In this document: one piece after another, positions 24,713-45,936 of the stretch
Layout: each line of letters starts with the position of its first letter
How positions within the stretch are numbered: position 1 is the first letter of the stretch
NCBI RefSeq assembly: GCF_009914755.1
Contig: NC_060940.1
From: the human T2T-CHM13v2.0 reference genome, Homo sapiens
Length of the DNA: 64,000 nucleotides
Reading direction: 5' to 3' (one strand)
Notes under the pieces: generated by a model
The model's input: only the letters and a program-made list of their open reading frames with translations
What the model was told of the DNA's origin: nothing
Database searches by the model: none
Made by a program: the position numbers and the translations under genes

Positions 24713-27225
24713 ATGCAGATACTGTGATGGCCTTGATATGAAGAACAGAGACAGTGTAACTGTGTGCTTTGAATTCCTCCTTCTCACCACTCTTTCTTGT
24801 TTATTCCCAGTTTGCACTTACATATGCTATAAAATATGTAATTTTTTATTCCTTTTACAGTTATATAATATAGCAATTACAAAGATAAAAACTGCACTTC
24901 ATCTTGATTTTCTCATTTTGTAGTCTTAATTTCTTCGTATAGATTTATGTTTTGAATGTATATCACATGGCTACTAGCAGAGAAAGTTTGTTAAAATGTG
25001 CACTGAAGCATGAATGTGCTGACAATAAATTGTCTCAAGATCTTTTTTTAATGACAGAATTTTATTTGCCTTTCACTTTTAATGAAAATGTAATGCATGT
25101 AGAATTCCAGTTTGCATTTCACTTGTAATTTATTTTCTTGTGTTTATTATTTTATTCATGGAGACGATCACACATTACATTCTGCTGGGCCTATATTAAC
25201 CACATTTCTATGAATCTAGTCAGGGTTGGATTTCAAGTGTATGGTTGCCACGGCTATCAGAGTTGAAGTCAGCTTCTCCTGTTCACAAAAAGTTCAGGTT
25301 CCTCCAGTGATACCCACTTTTGTGTCCCGGTTTGGCTCTTCCCATTTCTCTCCCCAGAGAGAGCCTGTCTCTTTCATCTGTGGCAGGTGCATCCTGCTGA
25401 CACTTTTACTTGGTGATTGTTTGTGGGGTGAAGGGGCTTGGACACAGGGGGATGTTCTCCAACCTTCGGACCGAGCCTCCTTCTTAGCTATGGGTGGTGA
25501 GAGTGGCTCTGAAGCATGGTCTTCCAAGTGTTCCTGTTCCTTCCCTTCTCCAAGTCAGAGTGTCTCTTCCCAGCCACAGTGGTTTTTCGTCAGTGTCCTC
25601 AGCTTCTGACCCACTGTCCTTACCCCACAGACTCAGGACTTCATTCCTCAGGAAAGAGATGGGAGGTGATTCTGGGTAGAGTTTCCTTGGTGTCCTCTGT
25701 TTCCTTGTGTTCTAGTTGATTCTACCAGTGCCTGAAGGACACAAGATTTAATAAATGTCTCCCACATATCGTGAAGGGGGATTCAGCATTGAACACAGCT
25801 GCTATTCTTCCTCCCCAGTCAACACCACAGGACAGCAGGTGGGTGACTTGTCTGGGGATTTCCCCAATTCTGTAGGAAAAGCCTGCAAGTGCCGGGAGTT
25901 TCACACTCTCACACCCTTAGCACATACATCCTCAACAACTCATGAAACATTTCCAGGTTAGCTTTTTCCTATCTTCAATACTATACAACGAGTGGCACCT
26001 GCTCCAGGTACTCTAATAAATGGACCCTAGTTCTCTCTGCAGGCCCCTATTTCTCAGATTTCAGGGTTTTTTTCTCTGTGACATCAACTCAGATATGTTG
26101 AAGCGTTCATTTTTCGTAGTTGTTCAAGTTTCTTATTAATGAGGTCAGAAGAAGATCATTTTCTCAATTTTTTTACATTCCCATGCTTAGTATTTGCTTT
26201 CTAAATAAAATTCAGAAACGAAGACAAAATATCAAATATCCACTATTTGGTGCATTGTTAAACAATTTGAGAAATATTCATATACTGAAATACAATGAAC
26301 AATTGAAATCAAGGCATGCCTCAGTCACATAAGAATGTGAGGACATTATCAAATAATTGTGCTGAGTGTAGGAAGCTAAAGAATTCACAGTAAATCTCCT
26401 GTGATTTCATTTGTATAAATTGTAGAAAATGCAACTATTCTAAATTAACATGGAGAAGATCTGAATTTTTCTGAGAAAAGTGTGGTGAGAGTAACAAGAT
26501 GGTGAAATAAAATTACAGGGAAGTGAGAGAAAAAATTAGAGGTTAATTTAATTGCTAATAGCATGATTGAAGTGCTGATTCAAAGGCTGCACACATATAC
26601 CAACATTTTCCAAATTGTACACTATAAATTTGAATTCACTATGGATTGAATTTTTGAATAAAGCAGTAACAAAAAATGAGTATATTGGCTGAGGAAGAGG
26701 AAGAGATGAATATTGACACTTGAATAATCACGGACTCCTGAAAATACACACATGTGAACACTGATTGCATATTTCAGGTAAACACTAGAAAAAGCAAAGT
26801 CACATAAAGTTGTTATGACAGGTGGGACATCCTGAAAACCTCACTAGGCATGTCCCACATCGCCCTGGAGCTGTCTCAGGGGAGCAGTCTCCTCCAGTGT
26901 TTAGAGGCACAGACACAGGTAATAGGGCTAACTCTGGCCAGATGTGTGATATTGGACACATTGCACAACTGCTCTGTTATGTATGTAATTCATCTTCTCT
27001 ACAAATGTAACATTGACACTTGCACTGAATATATTCTGCAAATGTGTAAACATTAAATAAGATGATGACTGCTAATTGATCATCAAGGCACAATCACATA
27101 ATCTGAAGTTATATTTTCCTGAGAGATAGGATTACCTCCAGTGTTTTCTGGGATGCTCTCATCTTCTCTGGGCACTGCCCTCTCCTCAGCTGTCCCACCA
27201 CAGAGCTTGCTATATAGTAGGAGAC

Positions 27226-27233
27226 ATGCAAAT
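27226..27233 (+). promoter_or_regulatory. VH promoter octamer
   Basis: ATGCAAAT upstream of the ATG at 27360. Confidence 0.9.
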
Positions 27234-27359
27234 AGGGCCCTCCGTCTGCTGATAAAAACCAGCCCAGCCCTGACCCTGCAGCTCTGGGAGAAGAGCCCCA
27301 GCCCCAGAATTCCCAGGAATTTCCATCTGGTGATCAGCACTGAACACAGAGGACTCACC

Positions 27360-27809
27360 ATGGAGTTTGGGCTGAACTGGGTTTTCCTTGTTGCTATTAT
27401 AAAAGGTGATTTATGGCGAACTAGAGACATTGAGAGGACGTGAGTGAGATAAGCAGTGAATATATGTGGCAGTTTCTGACCAGGTTGTCTCTGTGTTTGC
27501 AAGTGCCCAGTGTGAGGTGCAGCTGGTGGAGTCTGGAGGAGGCTTGGTACAGCCTGGGGGGTCCCTGAGACTCTCCTGTGCAGCCTCTGGATTCACCTTC
27601 AGTAACCACTACACGAGCTGGGTCCGCCAGGCTCCAGGGAAGGGACTGGAGTGGGTTTCATACAGTAGTGGTAATAGTGGTTACACAAACTACGCAGACT
27701 CTGTGAAAGGCCGATTCACCATCTCCAGGGACAACGCCAAGAACTCACTGTATCTGCAAATGAACAGCCTGAGAGCCGAGGACACGGCTGTGTATTACTG
27801 TGTGAAACA
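27360..27809 (+). pseudogene. IGHV3OR16-9: IGHV3 orphon (IGHV3-11 lineage), V-region open but splice acceptor mutated; exon 1 27360-27405, V-region from 27514
   Basis: [36 protein letters not shown]...[18 protein letters not shown]...YYCVK matches recalled IGHV3/OR16-9; acceptor reads TTTGCAA (27501-27502 AA). Confidence 0.88.
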
Positions 27810-27848
27810 CAGAGTGAGGGGAAGTCAGTGAGAGCCCAGGCACAAACC
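27810..27848 (+). promoter_or_regulatory. Non-canonical 23-RSS
   Basis: Heptamer CAGAGTG 27810-27816, 23-nt spacer, GCACAAACC 27840-27848. Confidence 0.8.
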
Positions 27849-27869
27849 TCCCTGAAGGGGTCCCAGAAA

Positions 27870-27883
27870 CGACTAGGGGGCGC
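27870..27883 (+). promoter_or_regulatory. RSS-adjacent CTCF-like motif
   Basis: CGACTAGGGGGCGC, 21 bp after the nonamer; one mismatch to CCACTAGGGGGCGC. Confidence 0.65.
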
Positions 27884-29104
27884 CAGGACACTGTGCACGG
27901 GGCTGTCTCCAGGGCAGGTGCAGGTGCTGCGGAGGGCTGGCTTTCTGCCATGGCCTGGGGCAGCCTCATCGTCAAATTTCCCCAAGGAACTTCTACAGAT
28001 TTACAATTCTATACTAACATTTGATGTCTCTAAATGGAAAACGGTTATTTTTTTGTTCCTTTGTTTTTGTAACAAGAGGAAACACCCTCACCTCCACAGA
28101 AGCCAGGGTGTCACTTTGGGGGCAGAAATAATCCTTTCATGGTCAGGATGAGAGTCCTGAGGAATCTCAGGGAAACCTGGAGAGTGTTTTCCAATTAGAC
28201 TCAGAGCAGAGACCTCCATGGGAATCTCTGATTAGAACAGGCCTTGAGCTCTGATGGGAGCCAAGAGAGAGGCTCACCCAGGGTCAGGGTCCTTAAAACC
28301 TGATGGTTTTCACAGCTATCCCCTCTCAACTTGTAAAACTGTGCCCATCTGACTCAGACTGATTCAGCTGACCCTCTTTCTGCTGATCCATTTTCCATCT
28401 CTGTAGACTTGATTCTCACAGTTCCCTTTCTTCTTCTCTTCCCTGAAAACAGAAGATGTGTTTTCTGTAGTCAAAATTCCAGGGCTTGGGTCTGCAGGAC
28501 CTGGGTAGGCTGAGGGGACTTTCTCACTCACCATTGTCTGGACACTCCTGTTGTCTTCTGTGCATGGAGGCATTTGGAAAATGTAGTGGACATTAGCCAT
28601 GAAGGGAATAATACTAGTTTTCTCCAATGGGATATTGATGTAGAGCTGATCTTGTGCTTCTCACACTATCTGAGTTTGGACTCTCACCTGTGACTTTGAG
28701 AAGAGCTGGGGATGGGCACTCCATTGTGCTGTGAGCTCTGGGTAAAAATAATTGTAGAATCTGGCTAGGCAGTTTAAGGTCAATACTACTGGCCTTCGGG
28801 AAAGACAGGCTGGAATTCCTGGGAAGATCTGCATCTGCCGTCCACCACGGAGCCCCATCGTCTTCTGTTATGCTGTCTTTGAATCAGTCCCAACTAGATT
28901 ATCTAGAACACTCTTCGTGACTTAGGAAAAAATAATGGCAGGCTCCACTAACACCTGTATTATGCCATGGGAGCAACACCTAGGCTACTGTGTGATTGAA
29001 TAGATGAGACTACGGTCTAGTCAAGGTGACAGGTAAAATTGATTGTTGCCATTATGATATTTTATTTTATATTTGTCAATATAATCATGCTCATATTATA
29101 AATA

Positions 29105-29394
<290 letters not shown>

Positions 29395-31269
29395 TAGTTT
29401 TATTAATGTCTGTCCATACCAGCAACTACATACCTATGGGGACATTAATTTACATCTGCAGACATATGTGTAAATACACAAGCCTATACATACATGTGTA
29501 GTCATTTATATTTAACATTATAACAAAATAATTCTAAAATATTTTCTAAAGAATTAAACTTAATGATGAGCTAAATATAAATTAGAGTAATCTATAATTG
29601 ATTTCAACAGTTCTCTATAGTTTACATAAATGGATGTCTATTTCTAAGCTTTAACATAGTGTATTCGTCATTTTAAAATAGTCAAGAAAAAATTACAAAT
29701 GTTCTTGTCACAAAAAAGATAAGGATTTGACGATTTGAGGTAATATATATGTGAATTAACTCGATTCAATTATTCCATATTGCATTCACAAACCATAACA
29801 TAGCTTTGTGCCCCATAAATGTATACAACCAAAATTTCTCCATTTTCAATGAAATTTTAATTATATATTTTTAAATCTGATGCCTCTCCTTGGATTAAGC
29901 CACCTCCTCAGGGTTACAGGGCTCTTCCATTTTCTCAACATGCTGTTATACCAGATGAGCACAAAAACATTAATTTCATTATGCTTAGCTTTAATTTTTC
30001 AAAACAACATAAAGGTGATAATTTTAACGATAGACGTATTACAACCTACTATACATGAGACCCTTTCCGTGCTTCAAGGTTTCTTCTCAGGATTTTACAT
30101 GTATTGCAAATTTTCATTTTTCTCTGATATGGAATGCTGATTTCTCTTTATTACAGATTATCAGTTTATTTTTTAAATTTATCTCTTAAAATTAATTTTT
30201 TCAAAGTCCCACTCAAACCAGGGTATTATTAGAACTTTGAAGTGTAATAGTTGGACCAACTTTGAGAATACATTCAATTTAGTTCACGTGCTCTCAAGCA
30301 TCTTTTTTTTTCTTTAAAAGTTGTTATCAGTTGTAATATCACACAAAATATTAGTAATTTATACTAATGACACAGGTTAAAATATTGTATAAATAATTTA
30401 ATTACATTTGATTGGAAAAAAGGAATATATGTTCCTCATGTCTTGACTTTTTTTCTTCTCTATGAAATGCATGCATATTAATTATTAAGTTTAAGATGTT
30501 ACCTTTGTCTTTTTGATTTCTGGGATTTAATTTTAGTACATATACTTGAATGCATTTTATTAATTCATATAATAATGTTCATATTTTGGATAGGGTTTTA
30601 ATATTAATTTTATTATTTACTGAATTGTAAACTATTCTACAGTTTATTTTTTGTTTTTATGAGATAAAATTTACATATAATAAAATATGCATAGATCTGA
30701 AATGTATCACTAGAGAGTTTCTGGCAAATGTGAATACCCTTGTTCTCAATACCTAAGGTAGCTGAAGAGCAAGTCCATCCCCACATCGCGGGTTTTCCCT
30801 GTTCTTGCGGTCAACTCCTGCAAGGGGAAACGTTTTGATTTCTGACACTACAGATCCATTTATTTTCTGTTTTGAACTTTATATAAATGGAATCAAACAT
30901 TATAGACCTTTTTTTCAAAAGGGGCTTTGATATTTTTGAGATTAATTCATACTATTTAATGTATAAAATTAGATCAACATATTGTCATTTATTCGATTCG
31001 TAGACTGACTCTGATATGAAACCTCAAAGTTTTCATGTACTTATGGAGAGAGAGAGAGGAAGGAGAAAGATTTTATATCTGAGTCAGTCCATTAAGTAAA
31101 TAAATGAGAATATTTTGATTTATTTTCCTGTTGATGTACTTTAAATTTGTTTCCATTTTATGAATATTATAGGCAAAGCTGTTTCAAATATATTAGTGTA
31201 GGTTTTCCTATATTGTTTCATTTTTGTTAAGAAAATATGAAGTATGTATTTCTTTTTTATTTTTGATTA

Positions 31270-32937
31270 CTGTTTATTTCTATTTTAAATTTTACTTTAA
31301 GTTCTGGGATACATGTGCTGAACATGTAGGTTTCTTACATAAATACACATGTGCCATGGTGGTTTGCTGCACCTATCAATCTGTCATCTAGGTTTGAAGC
31401 ACCTCGTGCATTAGGTATTTGTCCTAATGCTCTCCCTCCCCTTTCCTAATGCTTTTTCTCCCCGACACATCCCAGTGTGTCATGTTCCCCTCCTTGTGTC
31501 CATGTGTTCTCATTGTTCAACTCCCACTTATGAGTGAGAACATGTGGCGTTTGGTTTTCTGTTCCTGTGTTAGTTTGCTGAGGATGATGGCTTCCAGCTT
31601 CATCCATGTCCCTGCAAAGGACCTGAAATCATTCTTTTTTATGGCTGCATAGTAGTTCATGGTGTACATATGCCACATTTTTTCATCCAGTCTATCATTG
31701 ATGGACATTTGAGTTGGTTCCACATCTTTGCTATTGTAAGTAGTGCTGCAATAAACATACATGTGCATGTGTCTTTATAGTAGAATGATTTATAACCCTT
31801 TGGGTATATACCCGGTAATAGGACTGCTGGGTCAAATGGTATTTCTCGTTCTAGATCCTTGAGGAATTTCCACACTGTCTTCCACAATGGTTGAACTGAT
31901 TTACACTCCCCCCAACAGTGTAAAAGTGTTCCTATTTCTCCACATTCTCACCAGCATCTGTTGTTTCCAGACTTTTTAATGATCAACATTCTAACTGGCA
32001 TGAGATGGTGTCTCATTGTGATTTTGATTTGCATTTCCCTAATGACCAGTGATAATGAGCTTTTTTTTTCATATGTTTGTTAGCTGCATAAATGTCTTTT
32101 TCTGAGAAGTGTCTGTTCATGTCCTTCACCCACTTTTTGATGGGGTTGTTTGGTTTTTTTTCTTGTAAATTTGTTCAAGTTCCTTGTAGATTCTGGATAT
32201 TAGAACTTTGTCAGATAGATAGATTGCAAAAATTTTCTCCCATTCTGTAGGTTGCCTGTTCATTCTGATGATAGTTTCTTTTGCTGAGCAGAAGCTCTTT
32301 AGTTTAATTAGATCCTGCTTGTCAATTTTGGCTTTTGTTGTAATTGCTTTTGGTGTTTTAGTCATGAAGCCTTTGCCCATGCCTATGTCCTGAATGATAC
32401 TGCCTATGTTTTCTTCTAGGGTTTTTGTGGTTTTAGGTTTTACATTTAAGTCTTTAATGCATCTAGAGTTAATTTTTGTATAAGGTGTAAGGAAAGGATC
32501 CAGTTTCAGTTTTCTCCATATGGCTACCCAGTTTTCCCAGCACCATTTATTAAATAGGGATCATTTCCCCATCGCTTGTTTTTGTCAGGTTTGTTGAAGA
32601 TCAGATGGTTGTAGATGTGTGGTGTTATTTCTGAGGCCTCTGTTCTGTTCCATTGGTCTATATAACTGTTTTGGTACCAGTATCATGCTGTTTTTGTTAC
32701 TGTAGCCTTATAGTATAATTTGAAGTCAGGTAGCATAATGCCTTCAGCTTTGTTCTTTTTGCTTAGGACTGTCTTGGCTATACGGGCTGTTTTTAGTTTC
32801 ATATGAAGTTTAAGGTAGTTTTTTCTAGCTCTGTGAAGAAAGTCAATGGTAGCTTGATGGGAATAGCATTGACTGTATAAATTGCTTTGGGCAGTATGGC
32901 CATTTTAACAATATTGATTCTTCCTACCCATGAGCAT
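31270..32937 (-). mobile_element. L1PA 3' portion (ORF2 C-terminus plus 3'UTR), 5'-truncated
   Basis: ORF2 peptides MWKTVWKFLKDLE...PFDPA and [12 protein letters not shown]...; L1 3'UTR and T-rich tail. Confidence 0.92.
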
Positions 32938-33046
32938 GGTATTTATTTATTATAAAAGTAACTTTATTTTTTTCAGTTTTACTGAGGTACAACTGAAATA
33001 TTTTTAAATGTATATGTTTAAGGTGCACCACTTCATGTTTTGATAT

Positions 33047-33458
33047 TGTGTTAGTCCAGTCTCACACTGCTATAAAGAAATGCCTGAGACTGAGTAATTT
33101 GAAACAAAAAAAAGATGCTTAATTGGCTCATTTTTCTGCAGACTGTACAGGAAGTGTAGTGGCTTCTCCTTCTGGTGATACTCAGGAAAGTTAGAACCAT
33201 AGCAGAAGACAAATAGTAGTAGACACGTCACATGGCCAGAGCAGGGGCCACAGGAAGAGAGGGAGGTCTACACAGTTAGACAAACAGATCTTATGATAAC
33301 TCACACAATATTATGAGAACAGCACCAAGAGTCGGTGCTAAACCATTCATGAAAGACCCACCCCCTGACCCAAGCCTCTCCCACTGGGTCCCAGCTTCAG
33401 GATTGAGGATTATAATACAACACGAGATTCAGGCCAGGACAAGTTGCAAACCATATCA
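33047..33458 (-). mobile_element. MST (MaLR) solo LTR inside an older L1M
   Basis: TGTGTTAGTCCAGTCTCACACTGCTATAAAG...CAAACCATATCA; TSD GATAT/GATAC. Confidence 0.8.
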
Positions 33459-34640
33459 GATACACATTGTAAAATGCTCATCATGATCAAGGTAATTTGT
33501 GTATCTATCATCTCACATACATTTTTTTTAAATGGAGTGTGTGTGTGTGTGTGTGTGAGATGAGAATATCTAAGATCTACCCTTTCAGCAAAAATCACTT
33601 TTATAACACAGTATTAAATACTGGAACATTGCTGTACATTAGATCTCCAGAACTCATTCAACCTGCACACCTGAAATTCTGTACACTTTAAACATCACCC
33701 AATTTCCCTCTCCTCCCGCATCCTGGGACGCATTATTTTACTCTCTGCTTTCAAGAGCTTGGGTATTTTAGATCCCACATGTAAATGAGATCATGCAGCA
33801 TTTGTCTTTCTACATCTGGCTTATTCCACTTAGCATCATGTCCTCCAGGCCCATCCATGTTGTTGCAAATGTCAGAATTTCCTTCTTTTCAAAGCTGAAT
33901 AAAATTCAGTTTTATGTATACACATTTTCTTTATACATTCATCAATCTATGGTCATTAAATTCTTTTACAAATCTACACTATTATAAATAATCTTACAAT
34001 CAGCATGTGTTTAACATAGTAATTTTACTTCTTTGAATAAATAACAAGAAGTGGGATCACCAGATGATATGATAGCTTTATTTTTCAATTTATTGAGTAA
34101 CCAATCCTACCACACCCTAAAAGGATTCCCTTTTCAGCACATTCTTGCCAATATGTGTTATATGTCTTGCTGATAACAGCCATTTTAAATGGTGGGAGGT
34201 GATATCTCATCATGATTTTGATTTGAATTCCTCTGATAATTAGTAATGTTGAGAACCCTTTTAGGCTCTGTTTTCCATGTGTGTGTTTTCTGAAGAAAAA
34301 CCTATCCAGTTTTTGCCCTTTTTATCAGATCATTTGTTATTTGCTATTGAGTTGCATGAGTTATTTATACTTTTGGATAGAACTTATGTCAGATATATAA
34401 TTGCACATAGTTTTTTTCCTGTGTTTTTTTCTATTAAATTCAAAGAAATCATTTCTGAATCAATGACAGGAATTTTTTTTCCATGTGGTCTATGAGTTTG
34501 TGGCTTCAGGTTATGTTCATTTTTAGTTTATTTTTGAATATGGTGTTAGAGAAGGTCTAATTTTATTTCTTTTGCATATGGATGTCCAGTTTTTACATCA
34601 TATATTGGGGAGACTGTCCATCCTTCACTGTGTGTTCTTG
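33459..34640 (-). mobile_element. Old L1M 3' region
   Basis: GATCCCACATGTAAATGAGATCATGCAGCATTTGTCTTTC...CCATGTTGTTGCAAATG. Confidence 0.7.
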
Positions 34641-34659
34641 GGATACAAAATCAGGAAGA

Positions 34660-40750
<6,091 letters not shown>

Positions 40751-41019
40751 CTATTAATTTTTCTGAACCATGAACATGGAATATTTCAGATATATTTTCA
40801 ATTTGTGTGTGTTTGCTTCATATTTTATTATCAATCATTTTTGGTTTTCTTTTAGAAATCTTTCACTTATTTGGTAATATGAAATATAATTTTTAGCTAT
40901 TATAAACAAAATGCTTTATTGATTTTTTGCTGTTTGCATTTAGCAATGCCACCAATTTTTGTATGTAGGTGTTGTATTCTGCAAATTTACAGAATTTTTT
41001 GTCAATTATAATAGTTTTT

Positions 41020-41654
<635 letters not shown>

Positions 41655-43829
41655 TTAAATTAAGGTATATTTTCAGGAGTTTAAATTTCCAAGTTATAAA
41701 ATAAAATGTATTGACTATCTTTCATCTTTTAAAATTCATCTTATGAATTTTATTTATGTAAGTGTTTTGTCTTAGTCTTTGTGACTGGCTTGGAAGATTA
41801 TATGAACAGATTTTCTTTTGACCTCTCTACATATGGGAAGAGCACAAATGTTGTTTCTATTATAGTATATACATGCAAAACTTGAGTTATAGTGAAATGG
41901 TTTAACCAAGATTACTCATTAGGGTTTTCAGGACCTTCCTCATGCATCCCTCTGATCATGTTTCTCTGCTGCTCAAAAGCTTTGTCCCTTTTCCTGCACA
42001 GAAAGTGTACACATCTTACCCAGTCACTAGTGGCCATCAGGCTCTCATAAATCCTTTTTGCTGTTTATCCTAGTCACAACTCTTGTCCAACCTGTTATTT
42101 CCAGCACACTAAACCACACACTACTTAATGCTCTGCACTTTTCACCTTTGTGCCTTTTGCTAAACTGTCATCTTTGAAGACCTATAGCTGCTTATTGCAT
42201 GAAGCTTTATTTGATGGCCTCAGTCTAACACAGCTATTTATTTTTCAATTGGATTTAAAATTGTCTCTCTCTCTACATTGGATTAGAGTTGCTATGTTCC
42301 TGTTCTACATTCCTTGCTAGACTGAAAGCTCACTGGCCAGGTCCTATTCATGCTTATTCATTGTAAATTTCTCCACATTGGAGGCATCCTGTTCATCAAT
42401 GAACACATGAATAAAACTTGGTGTTGAAACTCCAAGTTATCTTGACCTGCAACTTCACACACTCAACTATATAAAATTGGGATCAAATAAATATTCTCGC
42501 ATAACTATTAGTAAGTCAATATTTACCTTATATTGTAAGTTTCATCTATAAATATGCATCTTCCATTGCCTGATCCCTAACAAAACATAAAAACTAAAAA
42601 ATCTTAAGATTATTAAAAATATAGGCAATGTTAAGATCACCAGCTTTTCAAATGCAGCAAAATAAATGAAAAAAAAACTTTCAACAGGGATAACTAAAAC
42701 CTTACTTTTCCCACTGAGTAGATCTTCTAGCCCAATATGTTTATTCGTCTATAAGAAAATATTAACGTTCATTAATTCCCCAAAGTTTGCTGTCAGTCAA
42801 GTCTCCACTCTTTCCCTTGGGGCATGAGAGATAGTGTAGATGAGGTCCAGACATGCTCTACTCAAGGTCTCTGCACATGGCTAAAAATGCAGGTGTGAAA
42901 TTCATGTTCTCAATCCATGAAACAATACTCATGAAAAATGCAACTCTGTTCCAGGACATCGTGCAGAATGAAGAAATAATGCAATTGTGGTAAATCTGGA
43001 AATTACAATTGTTTGTGGACTGCCCATTTTTTCATATGCCTTCCAATAAATCAGTTGAAAACATGTATTATGTATAAAAATCCACAGTGTGTTAGCTCTG
43101 GGAATGCACCTTCCTCCCTCCACCTACAGGCAGAACCGTACACTTGGATCATGCACCCAGCTGCTGCTCTCTGTCTCTTTCTCTGCTCAAGGCTTAAGGC
43201 CGTGTCTCCCCAACTACATTCAGTGGAAGAAAAGATCCCCTGGACAAATAAGTTTGAGAATTGTTGTTGCAGGAATTCTCAGAACTTTCAAAACACAAAT
43301 CCTCATCCGCAGGGATCTTCAGGAGGGAGATGGCTGATGCAGCACAACTTTCTTTCACAGGAGTATCTTGCAGAATACAGTATGAGATCCAGAAAGGCTG
43401 CATTGAGTCTTTTTAATGGCCCGGGCCTTGGTGGGGGTGGGGTAGGAGCTCTCCAGATAGCATCTAATGAGTAGGAACATTCAGGTTGCTTTTTTTTTCC
43501 TTACTGGCAAAACTGTGTGTGCACCATGAATGAAGCTGGTCTCCCTTATCCATATCAAAATTAAACCCAAATTAATTGGCTAAATTGGGACTCAACACCT
43601 CCAGGAGCCATGCAGAAGAAAGCACCACCACACTTTAAAATAGCTTACCTCATCATATTTGACGAAAGCAAAACGCTTATGACCAGTATGCTGCTAACAC
43701 AAGTCTACAGATAATGCTGCAGGAAAAATTATTTTTCCCAGTCATAGCTAGCATGGTCCACATTTTGCATTACACTTTCCCCCCTTTTTTAAAATTTTAA
43801 ACACAGGTCCTTTTCTCTTCTTTTTTAAA

Positions 43830-43963
43830 ATTTTAATTTAATTACACAAGACGGAGTCTCAGTATTTTGCCCAGGCTGGTCTTCAACTCCTGAGCTCAAG
43901 GGATACATCCGTCTCCGCCTCCCAAAGTGCTGGGATTACAGGCCTGAGACACTGTGCCTGGCC
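43830..43963 (-). mobile_element. FLAM/Alu left monomer
   Basis: GCCCAGGCTGGTCTTCAACTCCTGAGCTCAAG...CCCAAAGTGCTGGGATTACAGG. Confidence 0.8.
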
Positions 43964-44330
43964 TTACACACAAATCTTAATTCATTCTTACAATTATCCT
44001 GAGGTTAGAAAAATGGAAGGGGAAGAAAAATGGCAAGCAGGTAGGCTGACTTCGGCTTCATTATTTGGAAGGACAGTTTGCTCGGTTAAAACACACTACT
44101 GCCCACAAAGGCCAAGACAACAGAAAAATACAGACTTATATAAGTAGATTTTATATGTGACAGCAGTTTGAATGGAGACTTTTTCAATGCAAATGGCAAA
44201 CAGCTGTCCTTGGGAATAAATGACAATGAATTTTTTTTATCTCAACAGCTGTCCTGGGAGCATGTCTCTACATCTCTACCTGCATTCTGGAGTCAGGGAG
44301 AAAGCCAAAACGGACGACAAGACACTAGAT

Positions 44331-44521
44331 CAGCCGTGTCCAACCCTTTGACTACAAGGACTTTTCCGCCTATCTGTGGTGGTGGGTATCATGAAAATTA
44401 TGCACAAACCTTTTTTTTTTAAGCTCATCAGCTATCATTAGCAGTAGTGTATTTTATCTGTGGCCCAGGAGCATTCTTCTTCCAATGTGGCCCTGAGAAG
44501 CCAAAAGACTGGATACCTGTG
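44331..44521 (-). mobile_element. MER30-family hAT DNA transposon
   Basis: GCTCATCAGCTATCATTAG...TGTGGCCCA...CTTCCAATGTGGCCC...GAAGCCAAAAGACTGGA. Confidence 0.7.
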
Positions 44522-44644
44522 CACTAGATCAAAAGGCTACTCCTTCTGGAAGCAATTGTAAAGAATTTCTAACATTATCTTGACATGAAAACCAATGGAT
44601 AGTGGGACAGAATGCAAAATCTTCAAGAATTTTTCTTGTTGGGT

Positions 44645-44910
44645 TTTTTGTTTTTTTTTTTTTTGAGTCAAGGTGTTGTTCTGTGGCCCAGGCTGGAATA
44701 CACTGGTGAGATCACAGCTCAGTGCAGGCTCAAGTGCTCCTCCCGCCTCAGCCACAGTAGTAGCTAGGACTACAGATGTGCACAACCACTCCTGGCTAAT
44801 ATTTTATTTTTTGTAGAGATGGGGTCTCACTATATTGTCCAGATTGGTCTCTAACTCCTTGACTCAAGGGATCCAGGACAGGATAACAGGTGTGAGCCAC
44901 CACACCTGGC
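44645..44910 (-). mobile_element. AluJ
   Basis: Diverged Alu with GATCACAGCTCA and CTCAAGTGCTCCTCCC. Confidence 0.8.
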
Positions 44911-45735
44911 TATGTGCATGAACTTTTAAGACAAATACAAGGCTCCACAAAAGTTAAGGTTTTCCCACCTAATTTCCAGGGGATCTTTTGGTGCAAGGAT
45001 GAGAAACCCTTAAAACTACCCAGACATCTCCAAAGATTCAAGACAGTTCATTCGGGCTGAGCCAGCCCACTGGGCAGACTGACCTTCAAACAAGGCCCAC
45101 CCATGACATACACCAGATGGCTCTCCAAGAATCTCTCCAGTTCTCAGGGTCCCTAAGGTACTGGACAGAGCTAGGAAAGCAAACCCATTTGCTTCTTCCT
45201 GCAGGAAACCACTTGAGGTCAAGACCCCACAATCAGACAAGGATGGAGTGCCTCACCCTCAGTCAACAGGCCAGACTCAAGGTGATATAATGTCTTAACC
45301 AAGGGTGTGGGACTCCAGGTTTGAATCTGAACTCAGTTCTCCTTTGATAACCACACTTTGTTAATTTTCCTTAACAGGGGTTCCTGGCAAGTCATTTCTC
45401 CCTCAGGCCTTCGGTTTCCTCACCTACAAGATGAGAAGGCTGCACCAGATGGAAATTCGAGGCGTAAGGGGATGTCCGCGTGCAGCCCACCCCGCCCACG
45501 GGCCCCTTGAGCCTCCATCACAGTTCCCAACACGCACCTACCCCACAAATCCTGCCCAAGGTGAGGGCTGGACCCGGGTCCTCCGGCTGCCGCATCAGCG
45601 AGTGCAGGAGGGAGGAGAAGCCTCCAAGGGGGTGACGCAGGCTCAAGGATGCAACTCGGCCAGGAGTGAACTGGGGCCCCGAGGGAGATGTCCAGTCTGG
45701 TGCTGGAGCCCAGCTCTGGTCCCTGATCCCCTTAC

Positions 45736-45936
45736 CTGCACGGTCCGTATCTCCTGCTGGGTGAGGTCCTTGGACACAGTGCACTTGGTGCGCAGCCCGC
45801 GCAGGCTGCCAAGAGAGATGCCGATGAGCTTCTGAAGCTGCCCGCACTGCTGCAGCACCCGGCTGGCTGCGGCCCCTGCGCCTCCCTCCGCGATAGCCGC
45901 GTCACCCCCTCCACCGCTCTCCTTCTTCTCTCCCAT
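45736..45936 (-). pseudogene. Unprocessed duplicate of KSR1 exon 1 (KSR1 pseudogene fragment)
   Basis: [67 protein letters not shown] matches the recalled KSR1 N-terminus ([67 protein letters not shown]); ends at a CAG|GTAAG donor; no further exons recognised. Confidence 0.9.

Noticed and set aside
43013-43474. 153-aa ORF
   Set aside because: Non-ATG start, no recognisable domain, lies in probable intron-derived sequence.
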